From Octopus vulgaris (Eukaryota), in assembly GCA_951406725.2 (NCBI GenBank), contig OX597821.1, forward strand, positions 65,968,001 to 66,032,000: a stretch of 64,000 bases of DNA. The letters run 5' to 3'. Of this stretch, positions 39,052-50,424 are shown piece by piece. Position numbers and translations under genes: made by a program. The number at the start of each line of letters is the position of its first letter. The first letter of the stretch is position 1. The notes beneath the pieces were generated by a model. It was given only the letters and a program-made list of their open reading frames with translations. It made no database searches and was not told where the DNA came from.

Positions 39052-39492
39052 ATTCTTTTATTCTTTTACTTGTTTCAGTCATTTGACTGTGGCCAAGCTG
39101 GAGTACTGCCTTAAAGGGTTTTAGTCGAACAAATTGACACCATTACTTAGTCTTTGTAAGCCTAGTACTTATCCTATCAGTCTCTTTTGCTGAACTGCTA
39201 AGTTAGAGGGACACAAACAGCATCTGTTGCAGAGCAATGGTGCGGTGGGATAAACATGGACACAAAGACACACACACATAAACACATACACACATACATA
39301 CATATATATAAATATATATATACACACACACACACACAACAGGCTTCTTTCAGTTTCCGTTTACCAAATCTAAGAAGGCTTTGATCAGCCTGAGGCTAAA
39401 TTGAAGACACTTGCTGAAGGTGCTACATAGCGGGATTGAACCCAGAACCATATGGTTGGAAGGAAAACTTCTTACCACACAGCAACGCATAC
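39052..39492 (-). mobile_element. Family A SINE
   Basis: Reverse-strand tail, internal CA/TA tract, head. Confidence 0.85.
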
Positions 39493-39686
39493 ACATACAT
39501 ACATAGATACATAGATACACACATACATACATATGTATGGATCAGAACAGTTTGATTCAAATTCTGTGTCACTTAAAGTTTCACGGGCCAGTGGAAATTT
39601 GAATTGAAGTACCTCAAGTAGTATGGAATTGAAATCAAACTGTTTTGATCCATACAATAAATGTCTTTCATTTGTCTTCTCACGTG

Positions 39687-39749
<63 letters not shown>

Positions 39750-39750
<1 letters not shown>

Positions 39751-40015
39751 TATCATCATCATCATCATCGTTTCATATACGTTTTCCATGCTGGCATGGG
39801 TTGGATGGTTTGACTGAGGTCTGGAAAGCCAGCAGCTGCATCAGGATCCAATCTGAGCTGGCAAGATTTCTACAGCTGGATGCCCTTCCCAACGCCAACC
39901 ACTCTGAGAGTGTAGCAAGTGCTTTTCACAAGCCACCGGCACAGGAGCCAGTTAGGTGGGCCTGGCATCGATCACTTTTGGATAGTGCTTTTTACGTGCC
40001 ACTGGCATGGGAGCC
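39750..40015 (-). mobile_element. Family B 3' end
   Basis: (CAT)n then TTCCATGCTGGCATGGGTTGG..GGATGCCCTTCCCAACGCCAACC plus two internal units. Confidence 0.85.
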
Positions 40016-41563
40016 ACATACATATGTATGTATTCATGTATGTATGTATGTATGTGTGTTTGTATCATATCTCTGTGTCTCTAATGAATGATGATATTAT
40101 GCTAGTAGAAAATTAAAAAAAAAAAAATATGCTAGTACTCCATATTATCAGGCAGAGTAGAATAATATTTATTCAAAGCCAAGCTTCCAAGAATTGCTAC
40201 TCAGAGTTCCTTGTTTCCAATCCTATACAATTTTACATTAATATATCTTTAGTTGTATTTATAGCTGAATTAATCTTTGTAAAAAGAAAAAAAAAGAAAA
40301 AGAAATATAAGGAATATAAGGCAAAGAATTTCTTGCAATTTAAAATAAATTTATTCTCAAGATTGTTCATTTTCAATATCTCCACCATCATTATACATAT
40401 ACAAACCATGCTGCCATTCCAGAGATCTAGGAATGCATTTTGCAGCTGGTTTTCAGCTCTACTCAAAAATCCCATTTGTTATATCGTCTACTTCTAGAAT
40501 GAGGTTTACTTAAGAAACATTACTTTTTCACGAGTACAACTAATAAAATAATGTTCTTGTTAATTTTTTTCTTTTTTTTTGTTTGAAAATTGATAATTTT
40601 TTTTTTTTTGATTGATGACCATTAAATGGATACATCTGGTTTGTTTAGAGATTTATTCGATTATGTAAGATATTTAAGTTTTGAAAGTTAATATTATAAA
40701 TTTTAATTATCAGATGAGTTCATAATGAAATTGTATAATACAAACACACACACACACACATGTGACCTGTGTGTTTAAAATGTCTGCTTCTCATCCACAT
40801 GCTTTCAGATTCTGTCCCACAGTGTAGCATCTTCGGCAGGTGTCTTTTACTATAGACCTAAGATGACCAAAGCCCTGATTTGGTCAAAGGAAAACTGAAA
40901 GAAGCCTGCCATGTTTATATGTATATGTGCGTACATGTGTGTGTTCATATATATATATATATATATATAAAAGAGGTGAAGACCAAAATCCTTCAAAGGG
41001 ATGTCAAACATCCAAGTCTGCTGGTCCGTTCCCATCTGAGCTATGAAAGGTCTTTGTACATTTTTGTTGGTCATAATTATTCATACCAATATGTAATTCC
41101 TGAAGAAGAATCTAATTTTTATTTCGAGAAGCATTTTTCATTTTTGTCTTTGGAAATAATTAGACTCCAAAACAATTTGTAGAATGTATATTGGATCTGT
41201 ACCAACCTGAGACTGACTATTATATATGTATATATGTTGAGTATTGAATATATAAACAGATTGGCTGCTCATTTCTCTGGAATTAGTCAAATGCTGTAAA
41301 CACCTCTGATGAGACCCCAATAAGGCTTGAAAATTGATTAAAGCTGTTCAGCAGTTAAATTTGCTATATGTATGTCTACAGAGTGGTCAGAGTTAGGAAG
41401 GGCATCCAGCTGTAAATATCCTGCTGAAACAGACACAGTAGCATGGGGTAGTCGCTACCTGGCCAGCTCCTGTCAATCATCCTACCCATGCATGCATACA
41501 TGGAAGACAAGACATTAAACAATGATAATGATGATGATGATGATGATTTATACACACACACAC

Positions 41564-41600
<37 letters not shown>

Positions 41601-41613
41601 ATTGTATATATAT

Positions 41614-41703
41614 AATTATAATTAATGGTACTGAAAAACAGCACCAACAAGCCAGAAATTTCTAGCATGTTGGTGCAGTTTCTCAGTACCCTTAATTATA
41701 ATT
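41614..41703. repeat. Loopless palindrome, 45-bp arms
   Basis: AATTATAATTAATGGTACTGAAAAACAGCACCAACAAGCCAGAAA / TTTCTAGCATGTTGGTGCAGTTTCTCAGTACCCTTAATTATAATT, 5 mismatches by hand count. Confidence 0.9.
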
Positions 41704-41823
41704 ATAATTATATCTATATAATTATATATCTATATTAATTCTTACCTATATGGTTTCTATTACATGCTGGCTGCTGATAAGATTGTTATTTTTATAATGA
41801 TTTTATCCTTATTCATGTGTATG

Positions 41824-41870
<47 letters not shown>

Positions 41871-41876
<6 letters not shown>

Positions 41877-42010
41877 TGTACATTTAAACATATCAGAGGA
41901 ATCCATCATAGGATTCCTTACATGCTAGAGAGAACAGTTAAAACTGTTCTCTCTAGTGTGCAAGGAATCCGATGATGGCTGCCTCTTATATGTTTAAATG
42001 TACACTGTAT
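41871..42010. repeat. Palindrome, 69-bp arms, 2-nt loop
   Basis: Arms centred on AACAGTT-AA-AACTGTT; 7 mismatches by hand count. Confidence 0.9.
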
Positions 42011-42414
42011 TTATGTGAATAATATATAGTCTATTGACTAAATGTTTATGTGCTAGGCCACTGGTAATGGAAATTTCTATTTCCAATTACCCTTTGATAT
42101 TATTTATTATATATATATATATTTACTCACAGAATGTTTACAAAATAAGGTGTGTGGTATTACGTTAAGTGACGTGACGTATTGAAAGAATATATATAGG
42201 AGTATAGACGAAAGAGACAAACAGGAAATAAACATTTAGAATGTTACTAAATCCTCTATGTTTATCATCCAAAGGATCATAGTAATAACCTCTGGGCGAT
42301 GATTGAAGAGGAATTAGCAACATTCTATGAGTGCATCTTTCCATTTGTTTGTACTTCTATATATTATTTTGAACACACATACAGACACACACACACACAT
42401 ATATATATATGAGA

Positions 42415-42903
42415 GGTGGCCAATGACAGCACCACCTGCCTGGCACCCGTGCCAGTGGAACGCTAAAAGCACAATCCGAGCATGATTGTTGCCAGGGCTG
42501 CTGACTGGTTCCTGTGCCGGTGGCACATAAAAAGCACGATTCGAGTGTGATGGTTACCAGTGTCGCCTTATTGGCACTTGTGTTGGTGGCATGGGAAAAA
42601 CAACATTCAAGTGAGGTTGTTGCCAGTGTTGCTGGACTGGCTCCTGTGCAGGTGGCACATAAAAAAACACCATTTGAGCGTGGCCATTGCCAGTACCGCC
42701 TGAGTGGCCCTTGTGCCGGTGGAACGTAAAAGCACTCACTACACTCCTGGAGTGATTGGCATTAGGAAGGGCATCCAGCTGTAGAAACTCTGCCAGATCA
42801 GATTGGAGCCTGGTGCAGCCATCTGGCTCGCCAGTCCTCAGTCAAACCGTCCAATCCATGCCAGCATGAAAAGCAGACATTAAACGATGATGATGATGAT
42901 GAT
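42415..42903 (+). mobile_element. Family B element with five ~65-bp internal tandem units
   Basis: GTGCCGGTGGCACATAAAAAGCAC-type motif repeated five times before the standard tail and (GAT)n. Confidence 0.88.
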
Positions 42904-43101
42904 GAGAAAAAGAAAGAGAATATACAGAAAACGTTTGTCAATTGATGTAATGTAATAGGTATGTACTATGAGTGCTTGGTTTCATTTACCACAAAACTCC
43001 AACATGAACTGCGACTGAAGTGTTGTGATGTTCAAACTGCTTATCAAAAGTGGCTTGAAGTGGTTTCTCCTTGCGTGGGTGAATATTATATTTCTATACC
43101 A

Positions 43102-43156
<55 letters not shown>

Positions 43157-43575
43157 TAAGGCACTAAAAGAGAATGACTCTCCCCAGACACAACAGAATA
43201 AGCTTCAACACACGAACTCATATAAAGAATCTTACAAACCAAATCCAAAAACGAAATATATATAGATATATATATATATGTATGTATGTATGTACGTATG
43301 TATGCAGGTATAACTTAGAGGTGTTTAAACCCTGTAAGGGATAAATATATCAAAAGGCATTCCAGGTAATTACCTCAGTAACTATAATCCTTGGTATAAG
43401 GTACATAGCGGCAGGTAACGTAACAGGTAAACCGTAGTTTCATTTATATAGACAACAAGAAAATGGAGGTAAAATAGTGTCTTTTGCACTAGGAAGCCAT
43501 TATTTAATTAGTTAAGAAAGGAAGCGCAAAAGACACAATTATTTTTCCTCCATTTTCATATCATCTATATATATA

Positions 43576-43799
43576 TGATGGGGGGGGGGGTGCTGAAAAG
43601 TTCCAGGCTTTGGATAAAAGAAAATACAGGAGAATCAGTTAATTATGATTTTATGTAGCATATCCCCCTCTTAGACCCATACACTTATTGCAGTGGTCTT
43701 CCAGTATTTCTAAAGCCTGTCAAAGAACTCAGAAGATTGAGTTTCCAACCAGATTGTTCACAATACCCTTGTAGCCAGGAAATTTTCAGCATTCCCTTG
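43576..43799. mobile_element. Mariner-type MITE remnant
   Basis: Imperfect TIRs GGGGTGCTGAAAAGTTCCAGGCT / AGCCAGGAAATTTTCAGCATTCCC with TA on both flanks. Confidence 0.7.
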
Positions 43800-44237
43800 T
43801 ATGTATGTATGTATATATATATTATTGATATTAAGGTGGCCTTCCATATTTTCTTTTGAAAAGGGCTTTGCAACCCATTATTTATAGCCTATTATTTATA
43901 GCTTTCTATGTGCTTTGAGAACCAATTTCAGAAACAGAATATATATATATGTATATGTATATCATAGTTTTATGAATTATGGGTGTACATCAGTGCATAT
44001 GAGGCATAATCATGCTGCACATTACCAAATGGTGCACAGAAAATGGCATGTGCATGCATACGTGCATGTGTAACCATCAAACTATCAACATTCCACAGAC
44101 AGCTTAGCACTTTGGATGGGGCGGGGGGTGGAGTGGGGAGCATGGTGGTGGGGTGGGGGTTGGAGTTGGGGTAAGTCATCAATAGGATGCTAAATGACAA
44201 TATAAAGGTAGGAAAATAATTTATCACAACGCTTACA

Positions 44238-44567
44238 ATGACAAGAATGGCTGCAATAAAGACGGCAATGACGATGATGATGACAGCAATGACACTGGTG
44301 ATGATGTTGAAGACAACAGTGATGCTGCTACCGTTGACGATGCTGGTGATGATGGTGATGAAGATGAGGATAATGATGAAAATGGCGGTGGTGTTGGTGA
44401 TGATGATGATTATAATGATAATGATGAACACGATGGTGGTATTGATGATGAGGGTTGTGATGGTGATGATGCTGATGATGAAAATGGTGATGATGATGAT
44501 GATAATGATGATGATGAAGATGGTGGTCGTGATGGTAGTGGTGATGATCATGACGACAATGGTGATA

Positions 44568-44600
<33 letters not shown>
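44238..44600. repeat. Degenerate (ATG)/(GTG) trinucleotide repeat
   Basis: Directly visible; source of the poly-Met ORF. Confidence 0.9.
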
Positions 44601-45261
44601 TTAGGGATGAATAATTAATATTTAATACAACGAGGTATCAGAAAGGGAAAACAAAAAGGTGAGATAGTGTGGTGTTCTCATTAATAAGCTTAAAGCCCTC
44701 CACTACCACTCCACTACCACCACCACCAACAACGCTGCCACTACCCTTCACCTACACTGCGTCTACCCCACTAGGGGTTAATAAATTATCTCTTATCATT
44801 ATTCATAACTGTCCCCTTGGGTGTGCAGAGGTGGGGTGGTCATGGCAATGGAGAGAAAGAGAAAGAGAAGAGCTAGTAATATTACTGATACTTTACAATC
44901 GAACTGCGCTGCACACTTACTGTGCACCCTTCCATTTCCTTGCTGCATGTCATATATTTTTCAACAATGCCGGGTGTCATACTCCCTTTCTATCTATCTA
45001 TTTATACCACGTATACCACCCCTACCACTGCAGCTGCCGTCATTATAGACATCACCATTGTCACTATAATAACCATTACTGCCACCACCACCACCACCAC
45101 CACCACCACTACCACTACCACCACCACCATTATTGCCATTGCTACCACTATGACCATCACTACCAACTACATCTCTGTACAACCCCCAGCACTATCACCA
45201 AAATCCTAACGTTATTACTGTTATCATAAATAAACACACACACACACATATATATGTATAT

Positions 45262-45664
45262 ATTCTTTTATTTGTTTCAGTCATTTGACTGCAGCCATGC
45301 TGGAGCACCACCTTTAGTCGAGCAAATCGACCCCAAGACTTATTCTTTGTAAGACTAGTACTTATTCTATCAGTTTCTTTTGCAGAACCACTAAGTTACA
45401 GTGACATAAACAAATCAGCTTCATTTGTCAAACAATGTTGGGGGGGGGGGGACAAACACAGACACACAAACATGTACACATGCATACATATAATATATAT
45501 ATGATGGGCTTCTTTCAATTACCGTCTACCAAATCCACTTACAAGGCCTTAGCTGGCCCGAGGCTAGAGTAGAAGACACTTGCCCAAGGTGCCACGCAGT
45601 GAGACTGAACCCAGAACCATGTGGTTGGTAAGCAAGCTACTTAGCACACAGCCACTACTGCACC
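45262..45664 (-). mobile_element. Family A SINE, full length
   Basis: Complete reverse-strand copy. Confidence 0.9.
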
Positions 45665-45668
45665 TATA

Positions 45669-45912
45669 CAGGGTGTTCAAAAAGTCTCTCTGCAGTAAGT
45701 ATTTTATTGCAAAATAAATATAAGATGATATAAGACTCCAAAAGAAAATATTAGACTTTACAAGAATTCAAAAAACTTTATGAAAGGTGTTCAAAATTGT
45801 CATCCTCCATTTTTTCATTTTCAAAATGTAAGTTGACTCTTCTCCACATGTTTTGAAATACATCCTGGACGAAAAAAAAAATTCACTACGGAGAGACTTT
45901 TTGAACACCCTG
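45669..45912. mobile_element. Tc1/mariner-type MITE
   Basis: 28-bp TIR CAGGGTGTTCAAAAAGTCTCTC(T/C)G(C/T)AGT (26/28) with TA duplication on both sides. Confidence 0.92.
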
Positions 45913-46350
45913 TATATTCTTTTACTTTGTTCACCTAAAGGTGGTGCTCCAGCATGGACGCAGTCAAATGACTGAAACAAATAAAAAGAATTAAAGAATG
46001 AAGGAAATAAGTAAATGTTTCCACCTTCAAGATTTTCTGAATCGGTACGACTGCGTAGTGAAATCAATGTGAGTAAACTCACTGCATCTGTTTTTCCTCC
46101 AAAACAACTCCAAGAAAATTTGTAACAATCTGTCTCTTACAAGTTTAATTTGTTCCTGAAAGCCGTTCGTCACCCAAAATAATAGTAAATCAAAACTAAG
46201 GAATTCGAGAGGGGTCACGGTGAATTCAAACAAGGATGTGCACTGACCGAAACCCAGATACCAACTGATGATCTCCCACTGGTACTTCCAGTTTGTCATC
46301 AACCGTCGTTGTCAGTGTGTGCATTTGGTACTCACTGAATATCAACCCAA

Positions 46351-46569
46351 AGGTGGCGAGCTGGCAGAAACATTAGCATGCCGGGCGAAATGCCTAAACG
46401 GTATTTCGCCTGTCTTTACATTCTGAGTTCAAATTCTGTTGAGGCTGACTTTGTCATTCATCCTTTTGAGGTCGATAAAGTAAGTACCAGTTTCATACTG
46501 GAGGGGTCAATCAAATCGACTGGCACCCTCCCCAAAAATTTTGGGCCTTGCGCCTAGAGCAGAAAAGAA
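46351..46569 (+). mobile_element. Family C SINE with 15-bp target-site duplication
   Basis: TGAATATCAACCCAA at 46336-46350 and 46570-46584; GGTGGCGAGCTGGCAGAAAC head. Confidence 0.93.
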
Positions 46570-46674
46570 TGAATATCAACCCAAGGGCTACTGTTAAATA
46601 ACTCCAGATGGGCCTGAGAGGGGTTTGAACTCAGAATGTAAATGAACAAAGCCAAATAATCATAAGATATTTTG

Positions 46675-46946
46675 TCAGTGCCTTGACTGGCTTCCATGCC
46701 GGTGGCACATAAAAAGCACCAACCAATCATGGACCTTGCCAGCCTCCTCTGGGCCTCTGTGCCAGTGGAATGTAAAAAGCGCCCACTACACTCTCGGAGT
46801 GGTTGGTGTTAGGATGGGCATCCAGCTGTAGAAACACTGCCAGATCAGATTGGAGCCTGGTGCAGCCTCCTGGCTTCCCATACCCCAGTTGAACTGTCCA
46901 TCCCTTGCCAGCATGGAAAACGGACATTAAACGATGATGATGATGA
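46675..46946 (+). mobile_element. Family B 3' end
   Basis: Two internal units, standard tail, (GAT)n. Confidence 0.87.
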
Positions 46947-47044
46947 TTTTACTGATTCTACCAGTTCTACCGTTCACCCAAAATTACATTTATTTTTGTG
47001 TCTTATCTTGAATCGTAATTTGTCCACGGTCCCCCATTCTATGC

Positions 47045-47935
47045 AAACATACACACACACACACACACATGCATGTATGTACAGAGAAGATGCAGGTGGT
47101 TGCTAACAAAATTTGCAAGTACACACATACATATATGCATGCACACATGTTTATTTTTTACTCACACACATGTATACACACATACACACACCTGTGTATT
47201 TTTAGACATTCACACATATACATACAAATACACATGCATACATGTGTGTATTTTTAACCCTCACATACATGCACACATACAAATACACATGCACACATAT
47301 ATTTTTACATACATGCATACACATGTGTTTTCTCAAACAGTCACACACACATGTACAAATACACATGCGTACAAGTATATTTTCACACACACATGCATAC
47401 ACACATGGAAATACAAATGCTCCCACGCATGTATTTCTATATACACACACATATGCACATGATTTTACAAATACACACATACACATATGCATGTAATTGC
47501 ATATACAGAAATACACACATGTGTATGAGTGTAAGTGTTTGTCTGAGTCTGTGTGTTAGCATGGGCATGTCAGTGTATGCATGTGAGTGTGTTTGCATGT
47601 GTATGTGTGTGTGTGTGTGTGTATGTGTGTGTTTGCATGTATAGGTGTGTGTACTTGATGCAGGTGTATGTGTTTGTGTGTATGTGTGTGTGCTCAGGTG
47701 TATGCATGTGTGCTTGCCTGTATGTGTGTGTGCTCATGTGTCTGTGCGTGGGCTTGCATGTATGTATGTATGCTTGCACGTATGTGTGTGTGCTTGCATG
47801 TATGTGTGTGTGTGTGTGCATGTATGTATGAGTGTGTATGCCTGCATGTGTGTGTGCTTGTGTGTATGCACCTGTGCTTGCATGTATGTGTGTGTACACC
47901 TGTATGCATGTGTGTGTGAGTGCTTGCATGTATGT
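47045..47935. repeat. Cryptic (CA)-rich block followed by (TG)-rich block
   Basis: Strand composition flips at about 47520; CACATACAAATACACATGC recurs. Confidence 0.85.
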
Positions 47936-49223
47936 GAATAATACCATTCCTGCTATTTGAAATCTCACAGGAAATTATGCCAATATTCCAAAGACCAATA
48001 ACTATTGCCATCATAGCAGCAATCAACCAGCACAATATCCCAGCCCCCCACCCCAACCACTCAACCACCCTTCCACCTACTTCACCGCTCTAATAAGCTA
48101 CCTTATCTTGTAATCAAAGAGATGATCTCAAGTCACATTCATGATAGAAATTCTCAAAAAAAAAAAAACTAGGCGGAATATAAATATCAAAGACTGTCGT
48201 TGAATATTTAGTTCTTGACCTTTCGCAGAATCTTCATTAAATGTTTGTTTCTATTTTTATTGTTGTTGCTTTTCAGATTTAACACAATTTTTCAAATTCT
48301 TGCCTTAGGTTCATTTCAGTTATTTCCCTTAGCTTGTTCTATTTTTAATTATGTAGATTTCCTCAGTTGAAAATTAGTTTTTGAGTGTGTTTTTCCATAC
48401 GTGCCGATGAGGTCTAATAGGCAGAAATATATGTCCAGTGATGTCCCTTGGCAGTAAAAAAAAAAATGAGAAAGGTCTATCTGAAAATCATTTTCGCAAA
48501 CATATAAATTTACTTTGTATTTTCGAATTTCTTCATGTGGTTGGGAAGCAAGCTTCTTATTACACAGCCATACCTGCACCTGTTTGTTTACATTTAGAAT
48601 AACATTGTGGGATAGGTGTGAAAAGCCAAATCTCATAGGTTTTAATATAAAACTGGTAGAATAATTGACATACACAAACACACACACACACATATATATA
48701 ATGGGCTTCTTTCAGTTTCCATTTACCAAATCCACTCACAAGGCTTTGGTCAGCCCAAGGCTGTAGTAAAAGACACTTGCCCAAGATGAAATACACTGGG
48801 ATTGAACCCAAAAGCATGTGGTTGGGAAGCAAGCTTCTTACCACACAGCTGTGCCTTTCATTTCTCCCATACCATAAGATGAACCAATAAAAATGCCTCT
48901 TCACTAGTGAAAATGAATGAGTATTTTACAGATATTTGTATCAATAATGTACTATGAAAATACCCCATCTGAAGGGTGTTGTCAGCTCCTATGTGCCCAG
49001 TCTCGTTTACAAGGTTTGCGTCAACTCAAAAAGACACTTGTCTGAGACACCATATGGTTGCATTGAAACTAGGACATTATTAGCATGAGGTGACCTCCTT
49101 AACCACTCAGCCATACCTGTATCACAGACAGACATATTCCTGAGAAAAGCCTATTTAATTATATACAGATACATGCAAAAATATATGCACATATAACTGT
49201 GTATATGAATAAAAGTGTGTATA

Positions 49224-49299
<76 letters not shown>

Positions 49300-49732
49300 C
49301 ATACATGCACATGCACACACATACACCACATACACATAGGCACACACAAACATGCACATATATACATAGATACATACATAAATGTATGCATACCTCAATC
49401 TATGTAAATAATGTAGATATTGATTTCAATTAATGTATGAAAAATTCTCCACCGGAATCGTTTTAATATTCCCAAAACGCAGCAATTCTTTAATTTATAA
49501 TGTTTGAATTCTGACTGAATTATGTCCACATCCATGCTCAATGCCAAGTTGCTCTGTGGGGTGTGACTTTCACACACACACACACACACACTCACACTAT
49601 ACATATATATATATATATATGTAGATGAACCCCCTAGATACCTCCAAGTTAAAAGTCTGGAACCATCCTAAATTTTTCAGTATGTTATGGTTTACTGGCT
49701 GATACAGGGATCAATTAATGGTGATAGTATTA

Positions 49733-49788
<56 letters not shown>

Positions 49789-49869
49789 CCTTTCATTATT
49801 TCATAATAATAATAATAATAATATTGTTATTATTATTATTATTATTATTATCATTATTGTTGTTGTTGA

Positions 49870-50090
49870 AGGTGGGGAGCTGAGAGAATTGTTAGCTTGC
49901 TGAGCAGAATGCTTAGGAACATTTCGGTCCATCTTTACATTCTGGGTTCAAATTTCCTCGAGGTTGACTTTGCTTTTCATCCTCTCAGAGTTGATAAATT
50001 AAGTACCAGTGAAAAATTGGGGTTGATGTAATCGAATTTACCCCCCTCCCACCAAATTTCAGGCTTTGTGCCTACAGAAGAAAGGATCAT
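49870..50090 (+). mobile_element. Family C SINE flanked by (ATT)n
   Basis: Family C head, core and tail next to the (AAT)n/(ATT)n tract at 49732-49860. Confidence 0.82.
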
Positions 50091-50119
50091 CATCATTATT
50101 ATTATTATTATTATGAAGT

Positions 50120-50424
50120 GAGTGCGTATGGCTTAGTGGTTAGGCTCTTAGGTTCTTAGTGGTTGCTCATGATTGCAAGATCATAAGTTCAATTCCTAGA
50201 CAGGGTGGCGTGTTGTATTCTTGAACAAAACTGTCTCATATTGCTCTGTGATCACTTCAACACCTAATGCATGATACATTGTGCACTTGTTCATGCAACC
50301 TTCATTAGATGCAAGGAATGAGCAAATGTACAACACATACATTTGATCACTATAAGCAAATCCTTTGTGCATGTCATTCAGCAAAAGCTGGAGACTCATA
50401 CATCATCTTCAGCAGAAGAGTCCA
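50120..50424 (+). mobile_element. Family H old tRNA-headed SINE
   Basis: TGGCTTAGTGGTTAGG..AGTTCAATTCC and TGTATTCTTGAACAAAAC; related to 38791-39038. Confidence 0.72.

Noticed and set aside
42440-42740. CRISPR-like array (conserved ~24-bp motif with ~40-bp spacers)
   Set aside because: Spacers are homologous to each other, repeats are degenerate, there are no cas genes, and the array lies inside a dispersed eukaryotic retroelement.
44116-44172. G-quadruplex-capable run
   Set aside because: Several G tracts are present, but there is no promoter or conservation context and such runs are expected in this simple-repeat-rich DNA.
48395-48445. Hammerhead-like CCGATGAG-GTCTAATAGGC-AGAAA..GTC
   Set aside because: U4 and the stem II closing pair are wrong and stem I is poor; compatible with chance.
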